64,000 bases of DNA from Bacilli bacterium. GTDB lineage: Bacteria; Bacillota_I; Bacilli_A; ML615J-28; CAG-313. Shown here one piece after another: positions 61,077 through 64,000 of this stretch. The notes below the pieces were generated by a model. It searched no databases. It had not been told where the DNA came from and was given only the letters and a program-made list of their open reading frames with translations. A program made the translations under genes and the position numbers. Positions within the stretch are counted from its first letter, which is position 1, and the number at the start of each line of letters is the position of its first letter. The stretch spans positions 66,237-130,236 of the forward strand of contig JAGBDV010000001.1 of NCBI GenBank assembly GCA_017937305.1, written 5' to 3'.

Positions 61077-62546
61077 TTATTTATTTTGTTCTTTATACCA
61101 ATCTGGTAAATATTGTTCATAACCTCTAAATTTGAAGATCTTTGTTTCATGTAGGCGAAGATTTTCTTCTCCAGTTACTTTGTTTTCAAAGTCTTGTAAT
61201 TCTTCATTCCATACTGCAACACCATTAGTAAGTGTTAAATCATAGTAACCTTTCATAGTTGGAGAGCCTTGGAATGTAAAGTTATCTTCACCATATGTAG
61301 TGAATTTCATTGTTCCGTTTACTGCATTCCAGTATACATTTAAGTTTTCTGAAATTCTAGGTGCTTTATAGAATCTATCAATAGCATTTGCAGCTGGGTG
61401 TCCTGATGCTCCATCAAGATTATAAGTATTGTTTTGAGTAGGTTTTCCAGGTTTTGCTTGATATTGATTAGCACGTGCAGCAGAAATTGCAATTCCATAT
61501 GGATTTAAAGTGTCAAGTAAATCTTGAGAGTTAGATCCATGTGAGCCATGGTGAGCTGCTTTATATAATGTTACTTCTGGTAAATCTTCATTTTTAAGTA
61601 AAGATGCTTCTGAAGCTGTTGTTAAGTCACCAGCTGTAAAGAATTTAAAGTCTTTATAATAGAAGATTACTGCAAGTGATTCACCGTTTCCTGCTGATGA
61701 TTCGTTTTGTGTAATATATTGACCAGTATTTAATACTTCAAAATAGAATTCTTCTGTTAAGTAATATGTATCAGATGCTCCATTTAAGAAGTTTACTGAA
61801 TCATATGCTGAATGATATTGCATTCCAAGTGGAATATATTTATTTCTAGTTTTAAGTACATTACCAGAACCTGATCCGCCGTAGTCTACCATTAGTGAAA
61901 TGTTTTCTACATTTTCTAATGCTTTAATTAAACCATCAATATGGTCACCATCACTATGAGAAACCATTAAACAATCTAAGATACCATCAGTACAATGCTC
62001 AGTTACAACTTGATTTACAAATTGTCCATCGTATTCATAGCCTGAGTCAATTAAGATTTCAACATTACCTTTTTTGATAAATAATGAATCTGCATATATA
62101 TGTTGCATTTCAATAAAGTAAATTTCTAAAGGTTCATCTTCACCTTCATTACCAATATAAATTGGATCTTCTGGAGAAATACCAGAACCAACACCAAGTT
62201 GTTCTACTTTATTTGAAGAATCTACAAAGATACTATCAGTAATATATCCTTTACCATCTACATAAGCACTTACAACTACGTTACCGTTTTTAAGTACTGT
62301 TACGTTTCCTTGATTATCAATGTTTAATACTTCTGGATTTGAACTTACCCATAGGATATCTTCAGTTACTTCCTTAGTAGTTTTAGCTTCAAGTTGGAAG
62401 ATATCTCCAACACGAACGTCTAATTCGTTTACTGCAACGTTATCTTTTAGAATTTCTAATGAAATCATTCCTTCATCTGTTAAAGAAGCACAACCAGTTA
62501 AAGCTACTGCTAATAATAAAATAATTAAACAAATAAATTTTTTCAT
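61077..62546 (-). CDS. Lipoprotein: Ig-like (Big_2) domain plus ComEC/Rec2-like metallo-beta-lactamase domain
   Basis: Lipobox LTGC; ILIDSG, SHSDGDHIDG, FFTAGDL, KAAHHGS. Confidence 0.8.
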   Translation of the reverse strand: MKKFICLIILLLAVALTGCASLTDEGMISLEILKDNVAVNELDVRVGDIFQLEAKTTKEVTEDILWVSSNPEVLNIDNQGNVTVLKNGNVVVSAYVDGKGYITDSIFVDSSNKVEQLGVGSGISPEDPIYIGNEGEDEPLEIYFIEMQHIYADSLFIKKGNVEILIDSGYEYDGQFVNQVVTEHCTDGILDCLMVSHSDGDHIDGLIKALENVENISLMVDYGGSGSGNVLKTRNKYIPLGMQYHSAYDSVNFLNGASDTYYLTEEFYFEVLNTGQYITQNESSAGNGESLAVIFYYKDFKFFTAGDLTTASEASLLKNEDLPEVTLYKAAHHGSHGSNSQDLLDTLNPYGIAISAARANQYQAKPGKPTQNNTYNLDGASGHPAANAIDRFYKAPRISENLNVYWNAVNGTMKFTTYGEDNFTFQGSPTMKGYYDLTLTNGVAVWNEELQDFENKVTGEENLRLHETKIFKFRGYEQYLPDWYKEQNK

Positions 62547-62559
62547 GTTGTTCTTCCTC

Positions 62560-64000
62560 CTATTTCATTAATTTGATATCATCAAAGTTAACACGTCTTC
62601 CGCAACCTTCAACTAAGACAATTGCAACACGTTTTGCTCCTTCTGGTAGTTTTACACGGAATGTTTCAAAAGTAGTATTATTTAATGTAATAATATTGTC
62701 AGAAGCAGTCCAAGTTGTACCATCATCGAATGTGTATTCAATTCTAACTTTTGCACCAAGTACATCATTTCCATAAATGCAAGCTACAAATTCAACTACA
62801 TTATATTCACCAGCTTCTAGAATTTCAATTCTAGCAGTTTCACTAGCTGTATCACGCATTTGAGCACGGATTGAGAATGTACCATTATATTTATCGTTAG
62901 TTGCAGCAGCGATTAATGCATTTCTTAACATCCATTTATGTTTAGGAGTTCCAAGTTCAACAATACCTTCAGCATAACTACCTTTTGTTTCAGAGTTACC
63001 CCAACTGTTTGCAGGAAGTGCATCTTCTAAGTCTAATGTAGCAACAACTTCATATACTTTTTCATCTTTTGCTTCAACAGTAACTACAAATTCTTTTTGT
63101 AAAGTTTTACCATTAATTTCAATAGTAGCTACTAAAGTTACAGTAGCAGGAGCATCAGTATGAGTAACAGCACCAGTTGTAGGGTTAATTTGTTCGTTAT
63201 CAGAATCCCATGTTACTGTTGCATCAAATCCAGCAATAGTAGTAGGTAATTCAATTGTATCAACTGCAAATCCAACAGCAGGTGTAATATCAAGTTTTTC
63301 AGCAGCAGAAGTTAGTAAATCATCAGTAGATATTTCACCAAAGTCTATGTCTTTAGCTTCTAAGATTAAAAGTTGAGGGATAATTTCTCCTGTACTATAT
63401 GCAATAACTACAGAAGTAAATTCAAATTCTTTTCCTGGACTAACAATTTGTAATAGTGAACTAATTGCGTTAAATTCTTCTTCTTCAGAATATGTTGTAT
63501 CTACTCTAAATGTTGCTTCAACGCCATCAACTGTAGCTAAGAAGTTATATGATTTTGTACTTGTAGTAACACTCTTAAGTATTGCAGTACCAGTAATGTA
63601 TGAACATTGGTATGCACCCATTACTTCTTGGCTTGCAACATTTAATCCGTTAACATTTGTAGGTTCACATTGAATATCTTCATCAATTACTTTGAAGTAT
63701 TCAACTTCTGTGATTTCAGATAATCCACGATATGTTTTCTTTAGACCACCAATTTCATATACTTTTCCAGCTTCTACTGGCATTGTATCATTATTTTGAG
63801 AATAAATGTAGAAACCTTCTGAACCATTTTGAACAAAGTAATTTACATTACTATTTTTTGAAGGACTCATGTGAGTAACTAAACCTTTAACTTTAATTGG
63901 TGTACCATCTTCACATGACATGTATTCTTCATGTGTAGTGTATTCCATATTAGCCCAATCTCTTGAATAAGTTGGTTCATCTGCTTTTTCAAATGTTAAT
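62560..64000 (-). CDS. 3' part of an extracellular multi-domain protein (OB-fold-like, Ig-like, beta-sandwich); starts beyond the window
   Basis: Reading frame is open to the edge (LTFEKADEPTYSRDWAN-M...); VKGLVTH..YFVQ..G.YIY; LPT..ATVTW.S; RRVNFDDI. Confidence 0.7.
   Translation of the reverse strand, partial: LTFEKADEPTYSRDWANMEYTTHEEYMSCEDGTPIKVKGLVTHMSPSKNSNVNYFVQNGSEGFYIYSQNNDTMPVEAGKVYEIGGLKKTYRGLSEITEVEYFKVIDEDIQCEPTNVNGLNVASQEVMGAYQCSYITGTAILKSVTTSTKSYNFLATVDGVEATFRVDTTYSEEEEFNAISSLLQIVSPGKEFEFTSVVIAYSTGEIIPQLLILEAKDIDFGEISTDDLLTSAAEKLDITPAVGFAVDTIELPTTIAGFDATVTWDSDNEQINPTTGAVTHTDAPATVTLVATIEINGKTLQKEFVVTVEAKDEKVYEVVATLDLEDALPANSWGNSETKGSYAEGIVELGTPKHKWMLRNALIAAATNDKYNGTFSIRAQMRDTASETARIEILEAGEYNVVEFVACIYGNDVLGAKVRIEYTFDDGTTWTASDNIITLNNTTFETFRVKLPEGAKRVAIVLVEGCGRRVNFDDIKLMK

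Overview
AT-rich bacterial chromosome segment read with the standard genetic code (TGA is used as a stop). It looks like a low-GC Bacillota; a Mollicutes-related Bacilli lineage is possible but that is inference only. The backbone is housekeeping: murA, aspA, nrdD-Grx/trxB/nrdG, lysS, yabPQ, tRNA-Tyr/Gln, mgtE, hslO, maf, ftsH, tilS, ddl/murF, sufCDSUB, PFOR, rsmI-yabB-ricT-holB-tmk and truA-ecfTAA. The best candidate for an undescribed system has three parts. (i) An RRE(PqqD) / Ser-His S26 peptidase / HPr-kinase-like operon (16873-18254) with no adjacent precursor or cyclase. (ii) Two unannotated 41-43 aa peptides with the same MNKxYExPxIEIxE[FY] leader (21656-21781 and 60680-60811). (iii) Two secreted proteins that share one beta-domain, which in both loci is encoded directly next to the peptide gene. 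One of these operons sits behind a guanine-type purine riboswitch and ends in a tiny lipopeptide gene; the other sits behind a cre site and a long leader. Also seen: an unannotated type I toxin-antitoxin-like locus (about 20925-21260) and sigmaE/sigmaG-like promoters in front of peptidoglycan genes, a degenerate SOD and a small ORF. No CRISPR array, rRNA gene or IS element was seen.
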